From positions 1 to 36,992 of the forward strand of contig CAMUQM010000001.1 of the NCBI GenBank assembly GCA_947095945.1: a stretch of 36,992 nucleotides of DNA. Reading direction: 5' to 3'. Each line of letters begins with the position of its first letter. Position 1 is the stretch's first letter. The notes beneath the pieces were generated by a model that was not told where the DNA came from, made no database searches, and saw only the letters and a list, made by a program, of their open reading frames with translations. This document shows, piece after piece, positions 1 to 8,224 of the stretch. The stretch is from an uncultured Prevotella sp. GTDB lineage: Bacteria > Bacteroidota > Bacteroidia > Bacteroidales > Bacteroidaceae. Position numbers and translations under genes: made by a program.

Positions 1-2
1 CT

Positions 3-719
3 AAGGAAATCAATCGCTTGGTGATTGATGGTCTTTCAGACATACTCTTTACAGCTGGATTTAGCAACAACAGCATTGCAAATAAGGAAGGTGCAGAACT
101 CTCGAAGGTTTATATGGTGGGTAATATCCTCATTGATAATATTCGCTATGACCGTGAACGAATTGAAGGAATGAAACTTTCTGATATCGACGAGTTGGCT
201 GGCTTACCTTTGAAGGAGGGTAACTATCTTGTCTTTACATTGAATCGTAAGGCGTTGTTAGCTGACCAAGATAATCTTGAGCGAATGTTACACGTATTGA
301 GTGAGACTGCTGGTGACATGCCAATCATTGCTCCTCTTCGTGACTCAGCTGTACAAGTTATCATGGCACTTAGCTTGAAGAAGAATATCAAACTGCATAA
401 CCTTCACGTCGTGAAGCCATTGGGTTATCTTGAGTTTGCTTATCTTACGGCTCATGCTAAGGGTATTATTACAGACTCTGGTAATGTTGCTGAGGAAGCA
501 ACATTCAATGGTGTGCCATGTATCACGCTCAATAGCTATACCGAGCATATTGAAACAGCAAAGGTTGGTTCTAATGTTCTGGTTGGTGAAGACCCAGAAC
601 TACTCCGTTCGGCGTTGTCTGATATGGTATCAGGAACTTGGAAGAAGTGTGGTGTTCCAGAGCGTTGGGATGGTCGTTCAGCAGAACGTATTGTTCAAAT
701 TCTACTCGAACGTCATTAA
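3..719 (+). CDS. UDP-N-acetylglucosamine 2-epimerase (WecB)-like protein, 5'-truncated by window edge, divergent motifs
   Basis: Frame is open from base 3 (KEINRLVIDGLSD). Has VGNILID, PLGYLEF, ITDSGNVAEEA..GVPCITL and WDGRSAERIV, matching the non-hydrolysing epimerase C-terminal pattern. Confidence 0.8.
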   Translation, partial: KEINRLVIDGLSDILFTAGFSNNSIANKEGAELSKVYMVGNILIDNIRYDRERIEGMKLSDIDELAGLPLKEGNYLVFTLNRKALLADQDNLERMLHVLSETAGDMPIIAPLRDSAVQVIMALSLKKNIKLHNLHVVKPLGYLEFAYLTAHAKGIITDSGNVAEEATFNGVPCITLNSYTEHIETAKVGSNVLVGEDPELLRSALSDMVSGTWKKCGVPERWDGRSAERIVQILLERH

Positions 720-933
720 TTAGATAATATACTGGGAGCGTTTTTACGCTTTTAAAGCAGGGATAGATAAGCTTCTTGTTCGGCATAAATATGTTTTGTC
801 GGACACTGGGGAATATCTATCCCTGTAAAATTCTAATTCTTGTACTCAGCAAAATGACTTGACTAAAATCATAAATCTGGGCTTTGAACGATGGTTTGTG
901 ATTGAAGACGAATTTGAATCTGAATTATTTATT

Positions 934-941
934 TATCTTTG
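934..941 (+). promoter_or_regulatory. Bacteroidota sigma-A -7 element (TATCTTTG) for the MATE-araC operon
   Basis: Matches TAnnTTTG about 20 nt before ATG 962; TTTG at 913-916. Confidence 0.55.
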
Positions 942-961
942 TATTAAGGAAAAAGAATGAA

Positions 962-2332
962 ATGCTTATGCATGGACATACAGATAACTATACTTTTCTG
1001 ACACAAGCTCCGGTTCATCGTGTGATTGTCACAATGGCTATACCGACGATTATATCAATGCTTGTAACGGGATTATACAATATTGCCGATACGTTCTTTG
1101 TTGGCAAGATTGATACACAAGCAACTGCAGCTGTGGGAATAGTATTCTCTCTAATGTTTTTCGTGCAGGCAATGGGCTTTTTCTTTGGGCATGGTTCGGG
1201 TAATTATATCTCTCGTGAGTTGGGAGCACGTCGCCATGAGAATGCTGTAAAAATGGCTTCCACAGGCTTTTTTAGCTCTTTCTTTTTTGGATTAGTCATT
1301 CTTATTCTTGGTGAAATATTCCTTACACCACTTTCGTTGATGCTTGGAAGTACGCCTACTATTCTTCCTTACACGGAAGACTATATGCAGGTTATTCTCC
1401 TTGGTGCACCTTTCTTGACTTCTTCACTTACCTTAAACAATCAGATGCGTTTACAAGGAAATGCTAACTTTGCGATGTATGGTATTGTGATAGGTGCTGT
1501 ATTGAATGTGCTCCTTGACCCTTTCTTTATCTTTACTTGTGGTTTGGGGGTCAGTGGTGCAGCTTGGGCAACAGTTGTAGGTCAGATTGTTTCTTTTGTT
1601 ATACTTTTCTTCATGGCACGTAGGGGAGAGAATATTGCTATCAAGTTTCGCAATTTTTCGCCTTCAATACAGATGTATAAGGAGATTTTCTATGGAGGTA
1701 GTCCTTCTTTTATGAGGCAAGGTTTAGCTTGTATTGCCACTATGTCCTTAAACTTAGCAGCTGGTGCTTATGGCGATTCTGCTATTGCTGCAATGAGTAT
1801 TGTCGGACGTATAGCAATGCTTTCTTTTGCTGTTGTCATCGGATTGGGACAAGGCTTTCAGCCTGTCTGTGGCTTTTGTTATGGTGCAGGCTTATATGAT
1901 CGTTTGAAGGAGGCCTATAAGTTCACGGTTACTATCGGTACTATTTTCCTTATTGTGTTGGCTATTGTTGGCTGGATGATAAGTGATTCGCTTATAGGTG
2001 TCTTCCGTGATGACCCTGAAGTGATAGCAATAGGTGTCGTTGCATTGCGCTGGCAACTTTGTGTTTTCCCTGTTAATGCACTTATTTTGGCAAGTAATAT
2101 GCTTGCTCAGACCTGTCGTAAGCCGTGGCGAGCTAATATCTTGGCTGCTGCTCGACAAGGTTTGTTCTTTATTCCGCTTATCTTTATTCTCCCATCTTAT
2201 TTTGGACTGTTAGGTGTAGAGATGTGTCAGGCAGTCAGTGACTTGCTTTCCTTTGTGCTTACAGTACCAATCGTTATTTACACTTTTCGTGAGTTTACAC
2301 GCGAAGCAGCAGAAAGGAAAGCATCCGTATGA
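962..2332 (+). CDS. MATE family efflux transporter
   Basis: About 12 hydrophobic helices; YNIADTFFVG, NVLLDPFFIF..GVSGAAWAT and GQGFQPVCGFCYGAG motifs. ATG 962 or 968 preferred over TTG 902 because the promoter lies at 934-941. Confidence 0.93.
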   Translation: MLMHGHTDNYTFLTQAPVHRVIVTMAIPTIISMLVTGLYNIADTFFVGKIDTQATAAVGIVFSLMFFVQAMGFFFGHGSGNYISRELGARRHENAVKMASTGFFSSFFFGLVILILGEIFLTPLSLMLGSTPTILPYTEDYMQVILLGAPFLTSSLTLNNQMRLQGNANFAMYGIVIGAVLNVLLDPFFIFTCGLGVSGAAWATVVGQIVSFVILFFMARRGENIAIKFRNFSPSIQMYKEIFYGGSPSFMRQGLACIATMSLNLAAGAYGDSAIAAMSIVGRIAMLSFAVVIGLGQGFQPVCGFCYGAGLYDRLKEAYKFTVTIGTIFLIVLAIVGWMISDSLIGVFRDDPEVIAIGVVALRWQLCVFPVNALILASNMLAQTCRKPWRANILAAARQGLFFIPLIFILPSYFGLLGVEMCQAVSDLLSFVLTVPIVIYTFREFTREAAERKASV

Positions 2333-2892
2333 GTACACTTTATATTAAAAATATGGTTTGTGACCGCTGTAAAATGGCTGTTAGCCAAACTTTGCAGCAG
2401 CTTGATTTACACCCAACAAAGGTGGAATTAGGTGAGGTTAGTATTGAAGAAGTCCCATCTTCATCCCAATTAGCTACCCTTCGGATAGTCCTTAAAGAGC
2501 TTGGTTTCGAACTTCTTGACGACCGTCGTCAGCAAACTATCGATCACATCAAGTCTGCTTTAATCAGACTTGTACATTACCATGATAATCAAAGTTCAAG
2601 CAATCTTAGTGATTACCTATCTTCTGAACTTCGTCAAGACTATAGTGCGCTTTCAAAGCTCTTTTCAGAAGTTGAGGGAAAGACCATAGAACGTTATTAT
2701 ATAGAATTGCGTATTGAGCGCGTGAAAGAACTTATCCGATATGACGAGTTGACTCTGACACAGATAGCCCTTCGTATGAATTATTCTTCTGTGGGCTATC
2801 TTTCCAGCCAGTTTAAGTCAGTAACGGGCATGACTCCAAGTCAATTCAAGTCGACGAAAAATATTCTTCGTACACCATTAGATAAACTTTAA
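2329..2892 (+). CDS. AraC family regulator with N-terminal HMA-like CxxC domain
   Basis: N-terminal IKNMVCDRC; C-terminal double HTH (LTLTQIALRMNYSSVGYLSSQFKSVTGMTPSQFK); ATGA overlap with the MATE stop. Confidence 0.9.
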   Translation: MSTLYIKNMVCDRCKMAVSQTLQQLDLHPTKVELGEVSIEEVPSSSQLATLRIVLKELGFELLDDRRQQTIDHIKSALIRLVHYHDNQSSSNLSDYLSSELRQDYSALSKLFSEVEGKTIERYYIELRIERVKELIRYDELTLTQIALRMNYSSVGYLSSQFKSVTGMTPSQFKSTKNILRTPLDKL

Positions 2893-3072
2893 GCTGTTCT
2901 TGCTAACGATAATCTTATAGTCTATAGATGAGCATAAGGTTTCTTCTTATGGTCATGGTGCGATAGAGAAGTGTATAAAGAGGCATTAGACGAGAGTTTT
3001 AATAGCGTAATACCGTACTGTTTGTAATAATATTTTACCCTTTGTTTTTTATTTAAGCGTTAATAACAGTTC

Positions 3073-3160
3073 AATTAAGCCTTAATTGGCTTCTAAAAGG
3101 GCATCTTTTCGAAGCTAACTAACGCCCTTTTGAACTCTAATTAAGCACCTTTTCTTGCGC
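3073..3160. repeat. 22-bp-period array of 15-bp quasi-palindromes (family A), 4 units
   Basis: Units at 3073, 3095, 3117, 3139: aattaagccttaatt-ggcttct / aaaagggcatctttt-cgaagct / aactaacgccctttt-gaactct / aattaagcacctttt-cttgcgc. Confidence 0.7.
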
Positions 3161-3385
3161 TATTTTATAAGTAATTGATAACTAGTTGGTTGCGAGGGCG
3201 GTTTTTAAGGGCTTTTTTTATATTTAAATGCAGAATGAGTTGTAGTCTTTGTAAATATATTTCGCAGTGTTCGTTTTGTGAAATCGCATACTTTTAAGAT
3301 GTGATGGTTGTTTTATTTATGTGCTAATACGATAAGTTATAATCTTTATCCATAATTTTATAAGGCTTCATATATAATATATGTT

Positions 3386-3393
3386 TAACTTTG
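3386..3393 (+). promoter_or_regulatory. -7 promoter element (TAACTTTG) for copZ-copA
   Basis: TAnnTTTG match about 50 nt before ATG 3446. Confidence 0.6.
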
Positions 3394-3445
3394 CAAGCAT
3401 CAAGTAAAGATAAACTTGTAGGGTATAATATTAATAGAAAGACTT

Positions 3446-3658
3446 ATGAAGAAGAATGTTTTTGCTGTAAGCGGTATGAAGTGTGTTCATTGTAAAACAA
3501 CAGTGGAGAATGCCTTAAGCGCTGTTGCAGGTGTTGAATCTGCTGAGGTTAATCTTGAAGATGCTAATGTTACAGTCGCGTATGATGATAGTAAGGTTAC
3601 TCCTTCTCAACTTAAGGAAGCTGTAGATAACAGTGGACGTTTTGAGATGAGTCTATAA
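3446..3658 (+). CDS. copZ: Copper chaperone (single HMA domain)
   Basis: 70 aa, GMKCVHC metal-binding motif, directly upstream of a Cu-ATPase. Confidence 0.9.
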   Translation: MKKNVFAVSGMKCVHCKTTVENALSAVAGVESAEVNLEDANVTVAYDDSKVTPSQLKEAVDNSGRFEMSL

Positions 3659-3669
3659 TTGTTTATACT

Positions 3670-5589
3670 ATGAAGCAAACAATTCCTGTTATTGGCATGG
3701 CTTGTTCGGCCTGCTCTGCTAATGTCGAAAGGAGGTTGAACGAACTTGAAGGCATTAATTCTGCATCTGTTTCTCTACCAGCCCGTTCGGCTTTGGTAGA
3801 TTATGATCCTAATGTGGTATCGTTGGAGAAGATGAAGGCTGAAATCAATGCACTTGGCTATGACTTAGTGATTGATAAGGAGACGTCTGTAGAGGAGATT
3901 GAGAAACGTGAGTATGTTCAGTTGAAGCGTAAGACACTATTATCATGGTTGTTTGCAATCGCCGTGATGTGTGTGTCTATGAGGTGGATAGAGTTGGGCT
4001 CTCGCGATGTTGCCAATCAAATCTCATTATTGATAGCTTTGGCAAACATGCTTTATTGTGGTCGTCAGTTTTATGTTTCTTCGTTTAAGCAGTTGCTTCA
4101 TGGTTCTGCTAACATGGATACATTAGTGGCTTTGTCTACTGGTATTGCTTTCCTATTCAGTATGTTTAATACGTTTTGGGGCGATATTGTTTGGTCGAGT
4201 AGGGGAATTGTTTGGCACACATATTTCGATGCTTCGGTAATGATTATCACCTTCGTCTTGACAGGTCGGTTATTGGAAGAGAAAGCAAAAGACGGTACTG
4301 CATCTTCTATTCGTCAGATGATGGGAATGGCACCAAAGACTGCACACGTTGTTGATGGTGATAAGATAGAGGAAGTTCCGCTCTCAACGATTGAGGTAGG
4401 GGATGTCTTGGAGGTTCGACCCGGTGAGAAGGTGCCTGTAGATGGTGAGGTAATATGGGCAGAAAGCTTTATGACAGCTGATGCAGCATACGTTGATGAG
4501 AGTATGATAACGGGTGAACCGACCCCTGTAGAGAAGAAGAAAGGAGCAAAAGTGTTGGCTGGTACGATTCCCAGTCAAGGTAAGTTTCGTATGCGTGCTC
4601 GACAAGTTGGGGAAGATACAGCCTTAGCGCATATTATAAGAATGGTGCAGGAGGCACAAGGTTCTAAAGCTCCTGTACAGCGAATTGTTGATAAGGCGGC
4701 GTTGATTTTTGTCCCAGTTGTTGTTTGTATTGCTTTTACAACCTTTCTGTTGTGGTGGTTGATAGGAGGAAATAGTAATCTACCTCAGGCTATTATGTCA
4801 GCTGTTGCGGTCTTGGTTATTGCTTGTCCATGCGCAATGGGGCTTGCAACGCCAACAGCTCTTATGGTTGGTATAGGCAAAGCGGCTCAGAAGCAGATTC
4901 TTATTAAGGATGCTGCAGCCTTAGAGAGTTTGCGTAAGGTCAATGTGTTAGTGACAGATAAGACGGGAACTTTAACCATTCCTAATAAGAATATAAATTT
5001 TACGAAGGCTGATAATCTCCCTTTTGAGGAGCGAGAAACGTTAAAACCCAATGCGCAGGAGGCTATGGAAGCTTTGCAGAAACGAGGAATAGAAGTCTAT
5101 ATGATGAGTGGTGATAAGGAAGATGCAGCTTGCTATTGGGCGAAAAAGGCTGGAATTAAACACTATCATAGTAAGGTGTTGCCACAAGATAAGGAGAATC
5201 TTGTTAGGCAGTTACAGACTGAAGGAAAGCGTGTTGCAATGGTTGGTGATGGTATTAACGATACACAAGCTTTGGCTTTGGCTGATGTTAGTATTGCTAT
5301 TGGCAAGGGTACGGATGTTGCAATGGATGTTGCGCAGGTTACACTGATGGGAGATGACCTTGCGGCTATCCCCGATGCAATACAATTGAGCCGTAATACG
5401 GTGCGAATGATTTGGGAAAACCTTTTCTGGGCATTCATTTATAATATCGTCTGCATACCTTTAGCCGCTGGTTTACTTTATGTTTTCGGTATTGATTGGC
5501 AGATAACTCCGTCGTGGGCAAGTGCTTTAATGGCATTCTCCAGTGTCAGTGTTGTACTCAATAGTCTTCGGTTACGATGGATGAAGTAA
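3670..5589 (+). CDS. copA: Cu(I)-type P1B ATPase lacking the N (nucleotide-binding) domain
   Basis: HMA GMACSAC, actuator TGE, CPC, DKTGTLT, SGD, GDGIND, YN and MAFSS motifs all present; only 19 aa between DKTGTLT and ETLKP. Confidence 0.9.
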   Translation: MKQTIPVIGMACSACSANVERRLNELEGINSASVSLPARSALVDYDPNVVSLEKMKAEINALGYDLVIDKETSVEEIEKREYVQLKRKTLLSWLFAIAVMCVSMRWIELGSRDVANQISLLIALANMLYCGRQFYVSSFKQLLHGSANMDTLVALSTGIAFLFSMFNTFWGDIVWSSRGIVWHTYFDASVMIITFVLTGRLLEEKAKDGTASSIRQMMGMAPKTAHVVDGDKIEEVPLSTIEVGDVLEVRPGEKVPVDGEVIWAESFMTADAAYVDESMITGEPTPVEKKKGAKVLAGTIPSQGKFRMRARQVGEDTALAHIIRMVQEAQGSKAPVQRIVDKAALIFVPVVVCIAFTTFLLWWLIGGNSNLPQAIMSAVAVLVIACPCAMGLATPTALMVGIGKAAQKQILIKDAAALESLRKVNVLVTDKTGTLTIPNKNINFTKADNLPFEERETLKPNAQEAMEALQKRGIEVYMMSGDKEDAACYWAKKAGIKHYHSKVLPQDKENLVRQLQTEGKRVAMVGDGINDTQALALADVSIAIGKGTDVAMDVAQVTLMGDDLAAIPDAIQLSRNTVRMIWENLFWAFIYNIVCIPLAAGLLYVFGIDWQITPSWASALMAFSSVSVVLNSLRLRWMK

Positions 5590-5606
5590 AATGTTTTTAG
5601 CCTTAT

Positions 5607-5678
5607 ATAAAACAAATAGAGTTTACTAATTACCTGTTCAGCAATGCACTGTGGTAATAGTAAACTCTATTGTTTTAT
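5607..5678. terminator. Long hairpin, probable bidirectional terminator between convergent genes
   Basis: ataaaacaaatagagtttactaattacc ... ggtaatagtaaactctattgttttat. Confidence 0.7.
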
Positions 5679-5701
5679 GTGAACGAAAAGTTAGTATCTC
5701 T

Positions 5702-6571
5702 TTATCTCACTGGATAATCATACCGATTAGAATTGTAGAAACCATTGTGTTGTGTAGGGACATGGTCAAACTCTACGCTAACAGATATAGAATTCTGGTT
5801 CTTAGAGCCCCATTGATAGGTCACACCACCACCGATTCTATCCATATAGCGACTAACTCCAGCCCCATATGCCCATCCCATCGGACCATATCCGTATCCC
5901 ATTGAAGCATAACCATAGTCGAAAGGAGAATAACCCCAGCCACCATAGCCAGCCCAATAAGGTGATGCATAACCTCCATAGCCAAAGACTTGTCCGAAAT
6001 TGTTGGATGTAAAGGCTTTCTGTACGAAAGCGTATGCACTCCAATGTTCATTAAACTGATATCCAAGAACAGCATTGACACCTCCTACGAAGTAGTTATC
6101 TCCACGATAGGTAAGATGGTTTACATATCCACCAACAGCCAATGTAGCCTTCTTAGATAGGTTTGTTACATACATCAATGATACATCCTGAGAGAAGCCA
6201 GCACCATGATTGTTTCCGTGTCCAAAGCTTGCAAAGGCTGAAGCACTAAGGTTGATGTTCAATCCCTTATGTAATCTCCATGCTCCAACACCATAACCCC
6301 AAGCGGGATAATAGAAATCATTTGGTGTAACGGTTTGTCCGTTCTCTGTAATGAGAGGCAGGTTATTGTCAATCTGTGCCTGTTGTGCACGGTCTTCAGC
6401 CATACGTCTGGCATACTCCTTCTCTGCCTCTGTGGCTTCGCGTGGACCTTGTAGACGTGCTGACTCTATAGGCTCCACATTGGAAGTGTCCCCATTGTGG
6501 TTCCCTTTCGTATTCTGTGCATACAATGGTACACAGAGAATAGCTGCTATTATGAAACTATATTTCCTCAT
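5702..6571 (-). CDS. Exported hypothetical protein, probable beta-rich/outer-membrane protein with Gly/Tyr-rich segment
   Basis: Signal peptide MRKYSFIIAAILCVPLYA; alternating amphipathic strands (GVNAVLGYQFNEHWSAYAFVQK, IGGGVTYQW). Confidence 0.75.
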   Translation of the reverse strand: MRKYSFIIAAILCVPLYAQNTKGNHNGDTSNVEPIESARLQGPREATEAEKEYARRMAEDRAQQAQIDNNLPLITENGQTVTPNDFYYPAWGYGVGAWRLHKGLNINLSASAFASFGHGNNHGAGFSQDVSLMYVTNLSKKATLAVGGYVNHLTYRGDNYFVGGVNAVLGYQFNEHWSAYAFVQKAFTSNNFGQVFGYGGYASPYWAGYGGWGYSPFDYGYASMGYGYGPMGWAYGAGVSRYMDRIGGGVTYQWGSKNQNSISVSVEFDHVPTQHNGFYNSNRYDYPVR

Positions 6572-6689
6572 TTACTTGCAAATATAAATATTTGGCAGCC
6601 AACTGCCAAGGATTTTAAAGATAATTAGTGCTTTTTCAAACTGGGCATATTCGCTTTCGAGTAATACTGAAGTTCTTTATTCTTTCGTA

Positions 6690-7640
6690 TTATTTCGTGC
6701 GCATAATCAGTGGAGGATCAGTTGTGAAGAAGAAAACCGTGGCACTATGGAATACCTGTCCTGGGTGTAATTCGTTACTTACCTTCTCCATACCACTGTT
6801 ATATCCAGCGTGAATTGGCTGTAATGAAATACTGCAACTCTCCTTACCATAAGTGTTGATGTTAAGTGTTGGCTCGCTTGAATAGACCGTCATAGCACGT
6901 CCACTCTGTGCATCAAAGAGAATTGCTGCCGCCTTCTGCATGTTGTCTGGATGTCGCAACTGATAGGCATTGTCATATCCCTTACTCGTACTCTTGATAC
7001 GCTCACCAATCTCTCTTGGTTTGGTAAAGTCGAATGGAGTGTTTTTTATACGTTGAAGCACACCTGTCAACTGTCTTTGAGCGTTATAAGTATTAATCTG
7101 AACAGCATCAACCCAAAGGTGTTGTTTGAGGATAGAGCGGTGCATCTCTCCTGATAAGTTAAAGCAGATACCATTTGTAACTTCCAACTTTGTATCAGCT
7201 GTCGTTGCAACACGGTAGTCTACATCAAGCGCATTTTGGTCAGATAGAGTATAGGTAACCGTAACGTTTAACTTCCCATCTAATCCATTCTCTCCCTCTG
7301 AAGTCACATATCGTAAAGTAACCGATTGGTTGTCAGAACTAACAAGCTCCCACATCTTTCCAGACAGTGTCTCCTCGTTATTCTTACCAAAGTAGATGAG
7401 GGTAGCCCCCAAAGTTCTTTCTTTCGAATATTCCTCCTTATTAGTATATCCCTTTACGACAGGTTCCAATCTACCATTCCAGTTGTGGGCAGTAAGCGAA
7501 ACAAGGCGTGCGCCATAGTTGCTGATAACCGCTTCCATACCATTTCCATTCACGAGTCGGAATTGTTTCTGCTCCTGTGCGTATGAACAGAGAACAACGC
7601 TAAGCATTGTCGCTGTCAGTATTGCATATAACTGCTTCAT
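6690..7640 (-). CDS. Exported aldose 1-epimerase (GalM)-like protein with degenerate catalytic site
   Basis: ISNYGARLVSL, VTYTL, FNLSG, TPFDFTKPREIG, GYD and SGRAMTVYSSEP match the mutarotase fold; signal peptide present; catalytic His/Glu motifs altered. Confidence 0.85.
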   Translation of the reverse strand: MKQLYAILTATMLSVVLCSYAQEQKQFRLVNGNGMEAVISNYGARLVSLTAHNWNGRLEPVVKGYTNKEEYSKERTLGATLIYFGKNNEETLSGKMWELVSSDNQSVTLRYVTSEGENGLDGKLNVTVTYTLSDQNALDVDYRVATTADTKLEVTNGICFNLSGEMHRSILKQHLWVDAVQINTYNAQRQLTGVLQRIKNTPFDFTKPREIGERIKSTSKGYDNAYQLRHPDNMQKAAAILFDAQSGRAMTVYSSEPTLNINTYGKESCSISLQPIHAGYNSGMEKVSNELHPGQVFHSATVFFFTTDPPLIMRTK

Positions 7641-7660
7641 AGCTCTTTGTTTTGTTCTTA

Positions 7661-7805
7661 ATGCAAAGATAGTGCCAGCAAGTGCAATGAAAGTTTACTT
7701 TCTTATTGTCGAGCGCAGCCTATCTTATGCAAAGATAGTGCCAGCAAGTGCAATGAAAGTTTACTTTCTTATTGCCGAGCGCAGCCTATCTTATGCAAAG
7801 ATAGT
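7661..7805. repeat. 66-bp tandem duplication (2 units plus 13 bp) containing three minus-strand TATCTTTG promoter motifs
   Basis: 7661-7726 and 7727-7792 differ at one base; atgcaaagatagt recurs at 7661, 7727, 7793. Confidence 0.95.
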
Positions 7806-7953
7806 AAAAAAGTTTATATGTTACTCAGAATTTCCTTTTTTAATAGAAAGATATAATGCATTTAGTGCTAAACATTTCCGCATAAGTCAGATATAAGGGT
7901 TTAATGAGGTCTTGCTTATCAATAACATAGGGTCTTTCTTCTCTTTTTAATGA

Positions 7954-8013
7954 ATGTGTTGATGCCCAGCACGTGTTGTGTTGATGGTGAGCACCAATGG
8001 TGCTGAGCGCTAA
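7954..8013 (+). repeat. Interspersed modular palindrome element (family B), 2 modules
   Basis: atgtgtt-gatgccc-agcacgtgttgtgtt-gatggtg-agcaccaatggtgct-gagcgctaa; homologous to 19277-19380 and 36023-36104. Confidence 0.85.
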
Positions 8014-8179
8014 TTACTTTGTATTATGGCGTAAGTTATCAGTGTTGATTTAGTTAGTTCGATTTAAACAGCAGTTAAATGTAATTATGTCTATTATCTT
8101 TTAATAAGGTGGTAGTGGATTTTTATGCAAGTAAAGGCGTAGAAAATGAATAAAAAAGAATTATTTTCTGTTTAATTTA

Positions 8180-8211
8180 TTTGGTTATAAAAAATAAAAG
8201 TAATACATTTG
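8180..8211 (+). promoter_or_regulatory. Promoter of the Phe/Tyr operon leader (-33 TTTG, -7 TACATTTG)
   Basis: TTTG at 8180-8183, 20-nt spacer, TAnnTTTG at 8204-8211: canonical Bacteroidota geometry. Confidence 0.75.
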
Positions 8212-8224
8212 TATCCGAATACAA

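Noticed and set aside
7661..7805. Possible mini-CRISPR (66-bp period)
   Set aside because: The two intervening segments are near-identical, so they are not spacers.
7519..7896. 125-aa ORF with internal repeat
   Set aside because: Antisense to the GalM-like gene and running through the 66-bp repeat; no coding features.
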